Assembly: GCF_018977255.1 (NCBI RefSeq)
Contig: NW_024704742.1
Coordinates: forward strand, 79,238,001-79,302,000
Length of the DNA stretch: 64,000 nt
Reading direction: 5' to 3'
Source: Callorhinchus milii
Lineage: Eukaryota
The notes under the pieces were generated by a model. It ran no database searches. It was given only the letters and a program-made list of their open reading frames with translations, and had not been told where the DNA came from. Positions 36,965 through 49,950 of the stretch are shown here, in pieces (position 1 is the stretch's first letter; the number at the start of each line of letters is the position of its first letter). Both the position numbers and the translations under genes were made by a program.

Positions 36965-37352
36965 CTAGATTCAAGATTCAAGATCCGCTTGCTCATTTTC
37001 AAATCCCTTCATGCCCTAGCACCTCCCTACCTCTCCGACCTGCTTACCCTCCACTCCACCACCTGCTGCCTCCACTTGTCTGACTCCGGCATCCTGTTTG
37101 TTCCTCATTCCCTCCGCTCCACCATCGGTGGCTGTGTCTTCAGCCACTACACCACAAAATTCTGGAACTCTCTAATCCCCCTGGTCAGCACACTCCCTCC
37201 CTACCTTCAAATCCAACCTTAAGACTTTGCTTTTTGGTTGTGCCTGCAGTTACCTCCTCTCCCCTTGGCTAGGGGTCAGTCTCCCCCACTGTAAACCACT
37301 CTGGGACGCCACCCTGCGTGAAGTGCACTATATTAACACAAGTTACGGTTGT
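36965..37352 (+). mobile_element. L2 3' fragment
   Basis: LIFKSLHALAPPYLSDLL...IGGCVFSHY..FWNSL. Confidence 0.85.
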
Positions 37353-37511
37353 TATCAATGACCTACTTTCTCTGTTTGACTTTGTCATGCAATCATTAAT
37401 GTCCACCTTACAGGCAGACAGGAACATTCATGTGAAAGACAACCCAGCACTTTTTCAGGAATGCATTAGACAGCTAGGCTAAACTGTAACCTCTGGTCCC
37501 CACTTAAATTA

Positions 37512-37853
37512 AACAAATCCTTGCATTTGATACAAGCACTTCGCAGAATATGCTGTAAAGTGAATTGACTGTATATTTTGTGGGCAAAACACAGCAGCCA
37601 ATTTTGCACAGCAGTGTCCCACAAACAACCGTGGATTGAGAGACCAATTTATTATTTTAAAATATATATTATTGAAGGGATCATTACTCCTGGAAAACAA
37701 TCTACCAATAATAACAACATGGTTCCTATTTACTGCTAGCTAAACAGGGGTATGGAGTAAGGAAACTTGCCTAACATTTTGCTCTGCCTGGGAATCGAAC
37801 CCAGATCCATTCACTTACAAGGTGAGTGCTCTAACCTATATGGTACAGGACTC
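37512..37853 (-). mobile_element. Long-form family A SINE
   Basis: Contains the extra ggttcctatttactgctagctaaacag segment. Confidence 0.8.
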
Positions 37854-39429
37854 CACATGATCTAAATTCATATTACAGATGCTGTACTATAAACACAGAA
37901 TTGAAGAAAAATCTCTTCCACGGTGCAAATGAATCTAAAAGTCACAAATCAATCATAAAACTTTAATAGCCAAACATCAAACGGTTTTGAGCACCTTTGA
38001 TCTTTTTTCCACTCTCCAGCATTCTGCATTCTGTAACCCCACTGTTACATCAATTTGTTTTCTTACAAGACATAATTTTCTCTAAATGTTTAATTCATGC
38101 TAATTCCAACTAAACTGAAGAAATAAACAATCCTGAATATTCAAATCACATCCGATGTAATGAGATATTACATAAGGTAAAACTTAAACCTCAAATACTC
38201 CAGTATCCATGCAAATTACTGCTTGTTTTATCAATGTGCATTTAGAATACTTTTACACTAAACTACATGGCCTGCATTAGATTTCATCTCCTTTCACAGC
38301 AAAAGAAACTGATAAACACTGAAAGATAAACAATTTAGTGAATGCTGAAATATAGCTCAGCTCATTAAAGATACCGGATTTATTTTTTCCTACTTTACCT
38401 GAGCTACCTATTTTATACCTATTTTAAGCACCCTGGGATGCCGCCCAGCATGGAGGGTACTATATAAATGCTAGTTGTTGTTGTTGTTATAATAATAATC
38501 CTTGCATTTGATATAACGCCTTATCACGTCGTTGAGACATCTCAAAGCACTTCACAGATTATACTGTAAATTGAATTGACTGTATATTTTGTGGGTGAAA
38601 TGTGGCAGCCAATTGCACACAGCAGTGTCCCACAAACAGTCATGGATTGAGAGATCAAATTATTAATATATATACTTTTTGAAGGATTATTAAAAAAAAT
38701 TGCTGAGATACCTGTTTTCCCCGAGGTACATGCTTTGACTACCTGTGAGCACACACGCCAATGTATAGCTTTATACTTAAATAAATTGTAATGTAATTAA
38801 TATGTGACCTGGAAGATAGAGGAGAGGTAGCCATCAAGAGTTTAAAAAGGTAAACTTTATTATGAAACCACAAGAGAAAAACTTCTAGATATTCCTCCCC
38901 TTTTAAACAAACACAATCTAGCAAACTTAGATCAGTCAGCTGATGATCGAAGATCACAGTGCCCAGGTAAAGCAGGTTTACACAGCAGATAATAACAATG
39001 ATGTAATCACAGTCATAAATAATACTAATCCTTGCATTTGATATAGCGCCTTTCATGTCAGGATGTCTCAAAGTGATTCACAGGATTTAATATAAAGTGT
39101 AGTGTCTTTGTGTTCTATAAGCAAATGGTATAACTAAACGGCATGTTGGATTAATGGGTAGCCTCTTTGTTGAACCCTGCATTGTGCTGTCCCCTAATTC
39201 AGGTTCCCTCTGTGCTATTGCAGTAACTAATTCTGGGCTAATGGGATTCTACTCAGAATCTGACCTTCCTGGTCCTTAGACAAGGCCTTCTTCAGCAGTT
39301 GCTCTAGCCTTTTGGACAAGGCTTTCACAGTAGATGCCTACAGCTCTTGGAAGAATCCAGAGTTGTGCTTCGTGCTTGGCTTTTTGTACATCCCAGATTT
39401 CTTTCCCCTCACTCCAGTTTAGTCAGTGA

Positions 39430-39715
39430 TCACTCGTCTTGGCTCATAGAAGTAGAACATGTCCCTCCAGGGAGAGAATGTGCATTCCATTCCAATACAC
39501 AGAAATTTCCATGTCTAGGTGGGATGCATGGAACTCTCAGTTTGGTTTGGGTACTCTTAAGCATGTTGACGCATTGTCAGATACCCATCAACATACTTAA
39601 GAGTTCCCAATGGTCTCTTTTTTTTGGTCAACCAGGTGTCTAACACTTGCAGAAACCCATCACTATGCTTAAGAGTATCCAAACCAAACTGAGATTTCCG
39701 TGCATCCCACCTATC
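39430..39715. repeat. Unclassified repeat forming a 54-bp inverted repeat, with relatives at ~8425-8570 and ~53345-53490
   Basis: 39516-39569 and 39660-39713 are reverse complements with 5 mismatches. Shared core tatccaaaccaaactgagag. Confidence 0.8.
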
Positions 39716-42042
39716 AGCCAGGGCTCAGTGGGAAGATAAAATTGGGTTAGGGAGGGAAAAGCCATTCTGGGATCTCCTTCTCTCTGTATAGCACCTCTAC
39801 TGGTTGTACAGGTGTGTGGTAGCAGGGTGGGGAGAGGTCAGGCATAGCTGTGGTTTGACAATGCTCACTACCCTGTCTCACATATGAACAATTGTCATTT
39901 GGGCTGACTACCGGAGAGCACCCAGCTCCCATGGATTCATACTACTGCAAATCGAGGTCAGACCATATTGCCAATGTGGAACACACAGACTAAAGTTTTG
40001 AAAAATATATATCATACTGATAACTAGGCTTTTTTTCTCCAGTGAATAAGAAAGTCATTTTAGCAGCACATGTAATTGTATGCAGTTTAACATTGTATTT
40101 GTGATGAAATATTAATGCTTAGAAAATTAAAATTGCAGCAGTGATATCTTTGCACCATGATAAGAAAGGGTTACAAATGTGTTAAGTACTGCTTGCTCCT
40201 TAAGGCTTTGATTGACACACGTTGCTGAGATTTATTATTCCATTATGCCATAGTAAATTACTCCTGTCCACACCATGATTCTCCATGTCTATTTCATGTA
40301 ACTGTACAATATTCAACAGCTTTTTTTTGTAGTAGGTTAATGCATACTTAAGCCGAGGAAGCTTCAGAGCTGAATGGCATTAGATGCCACTAGGGCATTT
40401 AAATGTCAGCCAATTCATAATGGATTGGCTGAAGGAATCTCATTTGACCTTCCTTCCATCTTCCAGTGCACTCCAACTTTAATATTTCACATTATCAACA
40501 AATCTAGTTTCGATGAATTCTGGAAGTGAAATGTTGAAACTCCAACGAAGCTCATTGTTCTTCTCAAGTTATGAATAGACGGAATTTATTTATGAAATAA
40601 CCGAATGGTTTACTCATAGATTCGTAGTCTGCGAAAAGGGTTCAGTGCCCACCGTAAGTATACTACCATTAATTCAGTATTACTGTCACCAGTGTCAACA
40701 ATTGAATAATATATAATTTTTTTTGCTATTTTTAGTCCTTTTTGCCTCTCCTAAAACATTTGTTTTTTGCTGAGAATGGCATGATTTTGTAGGCCAGGAC
40801 ACCCTCAAAATCCTTGTTGTGTGATCATTCTTGGTATGTTCCTTCCTTCCAACCATACCAACACCCCCATGATAGCTCAATCAGATTCTGTCCTCACACA
40901 ATATCCAGAAACATGCACTTTACAGTAGGAGAAGGATTTATTGAACAGCAAGCAAGAGAGAGAACCCTGGCTGACTATTATTCTACCTTGCTCCATCTGT
41001 AGGGTTTTCACTGGCAAAGGTCCAAACTTTGAAAGACTAGGATTATGGTCTAAAAATGTCAAGAATACAGGACAATAGCACAGTATTGTAGAGCTTTTGT
41101 GAAATACTGTAGCAAATGGACACTCAAACTCCAAAATAACCAGGAAAGCTCAACACTACACAAGCTGACCCTGAAAATCTTTAATTTAATAGCGACTTGA
41201 GATGTCCTCCCGACATGAAAGGCACTTTACAAATGTAAGTTGTTGTTGTTGTTATTAATTATCATAGTTGGGTAATGCTTCTGCTTATTTTGAAACTGGT
41301 GCTCATTCAGCACTCACACACCAAACAGATATGGAACTACTCACTGTTTATTAGGGGGGGAAGCAATTGTGCTGGATAATGTGTATGAAATGTGTAGTAC
41401 CTACTGGGATTAACAGAAAGAATGATCTTAGGTAGCTTTAAAATAAAGACACAATACTGTCAGAAATGACTGAACTAAATAGCTCCCCAAATTCCCTGAA
41501 ATACAATGAAGTTCACTGAAGATCAATGTGCAATTCTGGCAATGTGCTCAGAACAATCTCAGCTGATGCACCCTCAGGTTATACTTCTTCTCTGAACCTT
41601 CTGCAATGTGTGAGGGCTGACGAGTGTCTAAAATTGCATATAGCTTTCCCAATGTGGTCACAGCAGTAAGTTAGAATAATGCGTTTCAAGTTGTGATCAT
41701 ACTCTCTTGTGCTGCATTCCCCATGAGCGTGATTTGTTTTGTGGCTAGCAGCTTCACATTTGTAATGATGAATCTTTGTCATAGAATGCTCAATTATATT
41801 TATTTCTCGGGGTTGCCTTTTTTGTATTACATGCTTCACAACAACCTTAACATTATGCTCCCTTAAAGCTGGCCAACATGTGAATAACATGGAAGTTCAG
41901 TGCCGTAAACTAGAAGCGAGCTTCAGCCCAACCATTGATACTGAATAGGGTGTGGTCACACCTGCAAGGTTGTCAATGTCTTTAATCATTAAGAAAGCTG
42001 TTATTTCAACAATATGTTCAGTAATACATCACATAAAATTAG

Positions 42043-42450
42043 GCTCAGTTGGTATTACTCTCACCTCTGAATCAGAAGGATGTGGATTCAAGCCCCATGT
42101 TGGGACAACTCATGTTGTCTAAACTGACAATGCAATGCTGGAGTTGTGATACACTCTCATTCTTCAGATGCAACATCAAACTCTTGTCAAATTCTGTCTG
42201 CCTGTTCAGCTGATTGTTAAAGATCCCATGGCACTTAATCAAAAGAAAAGAGTTTTTCCTGGAGTCCTGACCAACAATATCTCAAAAAATAAAATATTCA
42301 TTTACTTCACTGCTGTTTGTGAAATGTAGCTGTGTGCAATTGTGCTCCTATGTTTGACAAGAAATATACAGTAATTTCTCTTCACAGTTAATCCTGTGAT
42401 GTACTTTGAGTCATCCTCCCCACATGAAAGGCAAAAGCAATGATTATTAT
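42043..42450 (+). mobile_element. Family B SINE
   Basis: ggctcagttggta...tctgaatcagaagg...ttcaagcccca head, aaagatcccatggcac, Deu part. Confidence 0.75.
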
Positions 42451-42727
42451 AATTAAGTAGAATTTTACAGCACAGAAACATCCTTTTGGCCCAACTAGTC
42501 CATGCCAATGTTTATACTCCTCATGAGTTTCCACTTCTCATAATCTCCCCTCCCATACTTCTCTATTCCCTTTCTCCTTAATGTATGATAATAATCAAGC
42601 TCTCTGGATGCTAACCTGCGTGAGGGGCATCATTAAATAGAATTTTATAGACCAGAAACATCTTTTTGGCCCAAGCAGTCCATTTCAATGTTTATTTAGT
42701 CCACACGAGCTGTTATTGTTGTTGTTC

Positions 42728-43128
42728 TCCTTGCATTTGATATACCGCCTTATCGTGTCATTGAGGCATCTCAAAAGAACTTCACACGATATACTGTAAA
42801 GTGTAGTGACTGTGCATTTATAAGTGAACACGAACGTCAATTTGGGCACTGCAATGTCCCATTAACAGCCACAGAGTGGGTGACCAATTTGTACTTGGGG
42901 AATTGTCGGACACCTTGAGAAACTCCCTTTACTTTTCGAATAGTGCCATGGGATCTTAACATCCACCTGACAAGCAGACGAGGACCTTGTTTTAACATTT
43001 CATCCATTTGGATGGCATCTCTAATCAATGCAGTTTTCCCTCAGCACTACATTGGAGTAAAAGTCTTGAAGTGAAGCTTCATGCATAACCTTCTATCTTG
43101 GAGATGAGAGTGCTACTAAATGAGCTAG
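42728..43128 (-). mobile_element. Family B SINE
   Basis: Reverse-complement full-length copy. Confidence 0.72.
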
Positions 43129-43373
43129 AATGACAGGCTCAGATCAATCAGAACAGTCATGTTCAGACAAGATTTATATTTGCTGCTCATTCGGTTCTAA
43201 AGCTTCAAAAGCCCACCAACACTCAATGAGATTTTTCTTGTTTACTTGTACTTATCATTGGATTTCAGGGAATAATTAAATGTGACATTAGACACTTGGC
43301 TTCCCAGTTAAATAAGATGACAAAGAATTTTGGATCAGAAGAGGCTGCAGTACTTTGTGATACAATGTGATAC

Positions 43374-43757
43374 GGAGTCCTGTAGCTCAGTCGGAGTCCT
43401 GTAGCTCAGTTGGAGTCCTGTAGCTCAGTTGGAGTCCTGTAGCTCAGTGGTTAGAGCACTCGCTTTGCAAGCAAGAGACCTGAGTTCAATCCCCGGCAGG
43501 TCAGGGCGAAACCTTGGGCAAGTTTCCTTACTCCACACGCCTAATAATAATCCCTCCAAAAAAAAAAACAATAATAAAAAATTGGTCACTTTCAATCCAT
43601 GACTGTTTGTGGGACATTGCTGTGCGCAATTGGCTGCTGCGTTCGCCTACAAATATACAGTCAATTCACTTTACAGTATATTCTGTGAAGCACTTTGGGA
43701 CGTCCTCCCGACGTGAAAAGCGCTATATCAAATGCAAGGATTATTATTATTATTATT
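43374..43757 (+). mobile_element. Family A SINE whose first 19 nt occur as four tandem copies
   Basis: ggagtcctgtagctcagt(c/t) three times, then a full SINE from 43431. Confidence 0.95.
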
Positions 43758-43959
43758 ACATTATCTCATATCTCATTCTCTTCCCATTCTGGCACCGTCC
43801 TCTCCCAAATTGCTACTGTTTCTATACCATCTCCATCTCAGGTCTCTCTGGGTGGCACCGTTATTCTTGCCATTGTCTCTCCAGGGAGAACCTATGCATC
43901 CACCCACATCCCAGTGATAACAACTGCACTTTCCAAAGCCAGCAGAGATCTCCTATGCA

Positions 43960-44835
43960 AATATTTTCCAATACCAAAAAGAAGTATGATCAGAAACTGC
44001 CTATCGGAGTGACTCCAAAACTAGAGGACATACATGTAAGATAGACGGTAATAGATCTAATAGGGGGTTTAGGAGGAACTTCTTCATGGAGAGGGTGGTG
44101 AGAATGTGGAACTCATTGCCACAAGATATGGTTGAAGCAAAAATCATTATAATAATTTTTACATTTGATAGTTTTACATTTGGAGTCCTGTGGCTCAGTG
44201 GTTAGAGCACTCGCTTTGCAAGCGAGAGACCTGAGTTCAATTCCAGGCAGGGCGAAACCTTGGGCAAGTTTCCTTACTCCACACAGAGCCTAATAATAAT
44301 CCCTCCAAAAACCAAAAACAATAATAAATTGGTCATTTTCAATCTACGACTGTTTGTGGGACATTGCTGTGCGCAATTGGCTGCCGCGTTTGCCCACAAA
44401 TATACAGTCAATTCACTTTACAGTGTGTTCTGTGAAGCGCTTTGGGACGTCCTCCTGACGTGAAAAGCGCTATATCAAATGCAAGGATTATTATTATTAT
44501 TATTATTATTATAGAGTGCCTTAACACATCATTGAAATGCCTCAAAGTGCTTCACAGGATATAGTGTAAAGTGTATTTTGTGGGTGAAATGCGGCAGCCA
44601 GTTACATACAACAATGTCGCATAAACATCCCTGAAATTAGTGACTAATTTTATTTGGGGGATTGTTGGTTGACTGTTGGTTCAAAGGATTCGACATTCAA
44701 GCAAGTTGTATACATCAATGTATTTAAAAGGAAACTCAATCCATACATGATGGAGAAGGAATATAGGGGTATAGGAGAGGGGAATAGGAGGCCTGGATGC
44801 TTGTGTAGTGTATAAAAAACTGATATGGACTGGGA
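43960..44835 (+). mobile_element. CR1 3' remnant interrupted by SINEs
   Basis: KTRGHTCK...RRNFFMERVVRMWNSLPQDMVEA (~44015-44140) resumes as FKRKLNPYMMEKEYRGIG (~44720). Confidence 0.7.
44182..44511 (+). mobile_element. Family A SINE, young
   Basis: Near-consensus with CpGs intact. Inserted in the tail of an older minus-strand SINE (44150-44170 and 44512-44670). Confidence 0.95.
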
Positions 44836-46172
44836 AAAACTAGGAAGAGTAAACCTGTACTTAGTCTCACCTACAACACTAGTGATTCCAAAGATGGTGA
44901 AAAAAGAAAATAGATGAAAACTAGATTGAAGGAAGGCAACAATAAGGGGAAACTCGGATTTATATCAGTTGCTGAAGATTGCTAGACCATCTAAAAACCA
45001 ACCAGCTATGCATAATCTTTATGCATCTATGCATTCAAATAACAGTCTTGTCACAGATGATCACTCTTCCAAGCTTGCACATGACCCAAGACTGCATTGC
45101 AGTGCAACTTCCTATGAACTGTGCCATTAAAATACAAGGTTAAGGATCAAGTCTGTTTGGTGTGGGTTTGAATCCCAATGTTGTCAATTAGTGTTGTTGT
45201 GTGTCATTTAAGTGCAATAGGGATTTGCGTGAGAATGACATGTTGAAAGGCACTGACTGAGTATGAGGGATATAGGCTATGCACGAGGCAACATGACTGG
45301 TGAAATACAGGTAGTGAGATAAGGGCAGAGTATATTTGAGATTAGGATTCCCCTTCTCCAATACAAAGTGTGTCAACGGGAGAGTATGTGTGTGGCAGCC
45401 ACATCCAGAGAAGGAGACTGTAAAGGAGCTGCAGAGTATTTCTTCCAACCAGCTACATGGCCTTCCTGTCCTTCAAATTATCTTGGTGCCAGTTACAATG
45501 ACAGATACAATAAGGATCCTTTAATATTTGTTTCAGTAGCACACTGAGCCCTAAATCTCAATGCAAATAATAGTGCTGGTAGGATACAACTGACATTATA
45601 GAACAGCTGGTCTATTTTTTTAACAAATATATATTTATTTGCCCTAGAATTGTAGTATTGACCGTCTTGTACAGACAACAAAAAGAAAATTGCAGCATTT
45701 TCCAAAGGGATATTCAAGACAGTACATGATAAATATGAAAATCTGTACCATTAATTCATGTCAGGTGAGGAAATGTGTAGCCATAATGTTTCAAGGCATC
45801 ACATGTGACTTTCATATCTGGTTACATTGCCTCATTTGCGTAGATGAATTTGGAGGTGAATATTAGTTTTAGCTGCCAAGTATTTCCAGATTTTACCGCA
45901 CAAATCAATATTTGTGTGTGGCATCATGTCAAAACTTCACCATAGAAATTATTTGGAATTCCATGAAAGGCTGACACTCCCATACAGTGCTGGGGATCTG
46001 TTGCCAGACCTCAGATTAACCTCTGATAGTGACTGCCAGAGGTTAAACTGAGGTCGCATCTGACTGTTCAAGTGGATGTTAAAGATCCCATGGCATCAAA
46101 TGAAAAGAGAAGGGAGTTATTTTCAGGGCTCTCGCCAACAATCCACCAAATGAATTTGGTCATTTCTCAGTT

Positions 46173-46496
46173 GGAGTCCTGTAGCTCAGTGGTTAGAGCA
46201 CTCGCTTTGCAAGCGAGAGACCTGAGTTCAATTCCAGGCAGAGGGCGAAACCTTGGGCAAGTTTCCTTACTCCACACAGAGCCTAATAATAATCCCTCCA
46301 AAACCAAAAACAATAATAAATTGGTCATTTTCAATCTACGACTGTTTGTGGGACATTGCTGTGCGCAATTGGCTGCCGCATTCGCCCACAAATATACAGT
46401 CAATTCACTTTACAGTCTATTCTGTGAAGCGCTTTGGGACGTCCTCCCGATATGAAAAGCGCTATATCAAATGCAAGGATTATTATTATTATTATT
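46173..46496 (+). mobile_element. Family A SINE inserted in a family B SINE (~46040-46638)
   Basis: Host aatttggtcat...catggctgtttgtgggacattg resumes after the tail. Confidence 0.92.
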
Positions 46497-49039
46497 CATG
46501 GCTGTTTGTGGGACATTGCCATGCACAATTTGCCTGCTGCATTTAATGTCACTTCACTTTACAGTCAGATGCTGTGAAATGTTTTGAGACATTCTCCTGA
46601 CATGAAAGGTGCCCTACCAAATGGAAGAATTATTATTAGAAGATGCATTTCCTGTTTCTCAAACCCCATAATTCCCACACGTAACATTGAAAGCCAAATA
46701 TAGAAAAGGGTGAGAAACATTGAATTTCAGTGTTTCAAGTCATCAAAGCCAGAAGAGCAGAGGAACCTTTAAAGAGACTACATTAAAGCCTAAAAAGAAT
46801 AGAATTCTGAAAGTTCTGAAAGTGACTGCAGATTTGGAAGAGAGAGAATGAGGGTGGGGGGTGGGTGGGGTGGGGGAGAGATAGAAAATCATATACACCC
46901 ATTGGAAAGATAGAGGTAAAATGAGTGATCAAGACATTAGGTGGCTTGAAAGAGTCCAAAAGCACATCACTGAAATATAATGTTGTCAGGAAGGATGGAT
47001 GAGGTCAGGAGACTGGTCTTATTTATCAAATAGCTTGATGCTGTAATGGGAGGACAGTAGGGTGGGTATTCTGCAGGGATGAGATTAGATGGCTTGAAAA
47101 ATCATCTTCATTCGAACAAATCTTGTGACCTTGTGAAGGTCTTCTTCAAGAACAATATGGGGAAGGACATGCCCAAGACATAGATGTATTAGTTAGACCA
47201 TCCGGACATTTCACACTGGTGTATGCATCAGACCCATGATCTCATAAGCTATCACTTGCGTAAAGTTATTCAACCATAGGTCACTTTCGCTGCTGCAGGA
47301 CTCCACCTGTGAACCTTACACTGTCTTGGCAAGGTTAAACTAGTGAAATGTTTGCAGGATCAGGAGGGTTAATCATCATATAATATAGTGTTTATCACCT
47401 CGCAACAGGAAACCCTGTCAAGAAGTGATAAAGGGATTTTCCCTTGGTACCAAGGGATCAAACATCTGACAAAGAATTGTTCCTCAACACTATTCATTTT
47501 TAAGTTTTAAACCATTAAGTTCCAAATGTTAGTTAGCTTACTATCTTTATCAACTCTGAAGTTTATTTACTTCAATTAATTCCCTTATTAATCTTTCTGC
47601 ACAACTTCTGTTCTGAAGTGATTCATTTGGCATCATTCCAAATAACAGTGTGTCTCATTTCAGTGGTGCAGTCATGCTCTTATTCTTTCAATACTGCATG
47701 CTCATCTTTGTGTTAAATAATAGAGGGTGGTATATTCCAGGTGTAAAATCTGTGTATAGTGGGCACGTCTCCCAGGACAAGTTCAAGTTACTTGTAAGCA
47801 AAGATGCACTTCTACAAATGTTTCCTATTTAAATTCTCCTCCACATTTCAGGAACAGAAGGATCAGATTGTTTTAAAATCACACAATGTGTTTTCCATGA
47901 AACTCAAATGAAAAGTTTGTCCCTTACAATTATTAGTGATTAGGGCTGTTCAACACTGGGAATGAACTTCATCTGTGCTCCATGCAGAAAATAAGCTTTT
48001 TTAAAAATTGTCTCAAACACTTCAACAACAACAACAACAAGATTCCATTTATAGAGCGCCTTTCACGTCGGGAGAACATCCCACTCACTCTGTTTTAAGA
48101 TGGTAACAGTGGTTGGCTACAAGACACAGGATTAAAAACATTACTAAACTGTTTGTTTTAACGATGTATACTCCTATCTAGTGCCTGTGTAGCTTGGACC
48201 ACGCTACCCATTAGGGCTTTGGCTCGCAGGGTTAACAGGAGCTAAACGAGAGGATTCCTTGTGCCCAGTGACTGATCTGGCTTTTTTTGCAGTGCCCTGT
48301 ACTGTCATTTGCTGTGCCCTGGAACATTGTGGACCCACTGGCTCAAGAGTTGGACAACTGAGAGCTCCACAGATGACTGGCTCGATTCTGACATTACATT
48401 GTAATGTTATCTTGGAGCCAATTCAGCTCCAAGGAGACCCCACTTATGCCCCCCCTATTCCCACCATGTCCCAAGACACTCAAGGAACAGCCATTTCTTA
48501 ATAACAAGCTTAATGACTGTTAACAATAAACTAATACAAATGACAAATGAACCATCATAGTGTTAAAATGATCTGAATCCAAAACCTAACACAGAACATA
48601 AATGGAGAACATTATCGGATGAGGTACACGAAGATAGCAAACCGAAAAGGTCAAAGATTTAGAGCTGTGAGTTTAGAGTAATTTTAAGACAAGCACCACA
48701 GAGTATTCAGCATGCAGTTCATGATTTTTATTTGGGCTTTCGTGGAAATATATACCAATTACACATAAATCTTAAGAAATAATCCATGTAACATGGAGAA
48801 AATAGTTGACTTGGTATTTTGCCAAGATAAAGTTGTTTAGGCCAAAGCATCATTCTTAATCTGTACCACTTCTGTGATCTTGTTGATCACAGAAGGAAAA
48901 TATAGCAGAATATCACGTTGCTTGAAGTATTAATTTCAAGACTGAGAAATTACAAAGCATTCCCTCTTAAAATTCATCTAGATAAAATGACTTGCGTCTT
49001 AGTCATTTTTATCTTCTCGCCATCATCTGGGTGAAATAT

Positions 49040-49310
49040 TAAATATTAAACCAAGGTCCCGTCCACTTGAATAAGTGGCTGTTAAAGATCACATGGCACT
49101 ACTTGGAAAGAGAAAGGAGTTTCTCCAGGAGTCCTGGCCAACAATCCCCCAAATAAAATTGGTCACCAATTCCATGGCTGTTTATGGGACATTGCTGTGC
49201 ACAACCGGCTGCCACATTTCACTCACAAAATACACAGCCTATTTTATAAAGCGCTTTAAGACGTCTTGACAATACGGAGGGTGTTGTATCAAATGCAAGG
49301 ATTATTATTA
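49040..49310 (+). mobile_element. Family B SINE 3' two-thirds
   Basis: ttaaaccaaggtccc...gttaaagatcacatggcac, Deu part, (ATT)n. Confidence 0.75.
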
Positions 49311-49950
49311 TCCTCTCCATCGACATGATGAGTCAATAAATATATATTAATGCATTTTAAATTCATGTGTAATCGATGCATATGTCTTCATACCAAGAGT
49401 TACAAAAGAGCAGCTACTATGAACAAAATATATCCTCAGTCAATCTACGGCACATTTAAATATTTGCATTCCTACCCTAACGCTATTCAATTTGCTTTGG
49501 ATTCTGAGTGGAAATATTTCAGTAGGCAGAACTGTTTCATAGTGATATATTGGGGAATGGTAATCTAGATAAGTTGCATTGAATTTTGAACTGCAGTTCA
49601 TTACTTCTATGTCACTGTTTAATGTCACGATACATCTCATTATTCTTCAGGTGTTTCTCATTTACCTTCATAGAGATAGCAGATCAAACTATTTATTTTA
49701 TTCGGTGGTTGAGTTCACTTTGAAACCTTCACATTTTTTTGACTGTTCACAGGTCACTGTGTAAGTATTAATCTGTGCATTGCCCTCACATCAGTTCAGC
49801 TTGAATTTCAAGCGCTATTAATTTCTAAAGGATGAGATCCATAAAATATGCTCTTCAGGTTCACAAATGGCTCCACCAAAATCTTAGTATGTAATGCACT
49901 GTCAGCCAAGCCATGCAGCCAGACAGACTGTAGGTTTGAAACCTGGTCCA

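Noticed and set aside
40870..41140. Possible RT remnant (FVKYCSKWTLKL)
   Set aside because: Only one weak motif, with no YADD or colinear support
43374..43450. CRISPR-like short direct repeats
   Set aside because: No spacers, no cas genes, eukaryotic context. The units are SINE heads.
44182..44255. tRNA-Ala gene
   Set aside because: It is always fused to a SINE body and tail in many dispersed copies
46851..46875. G-run cluster (potential G-quadruplex)
   Set aside because: Simple low-complexity tract with no functional context
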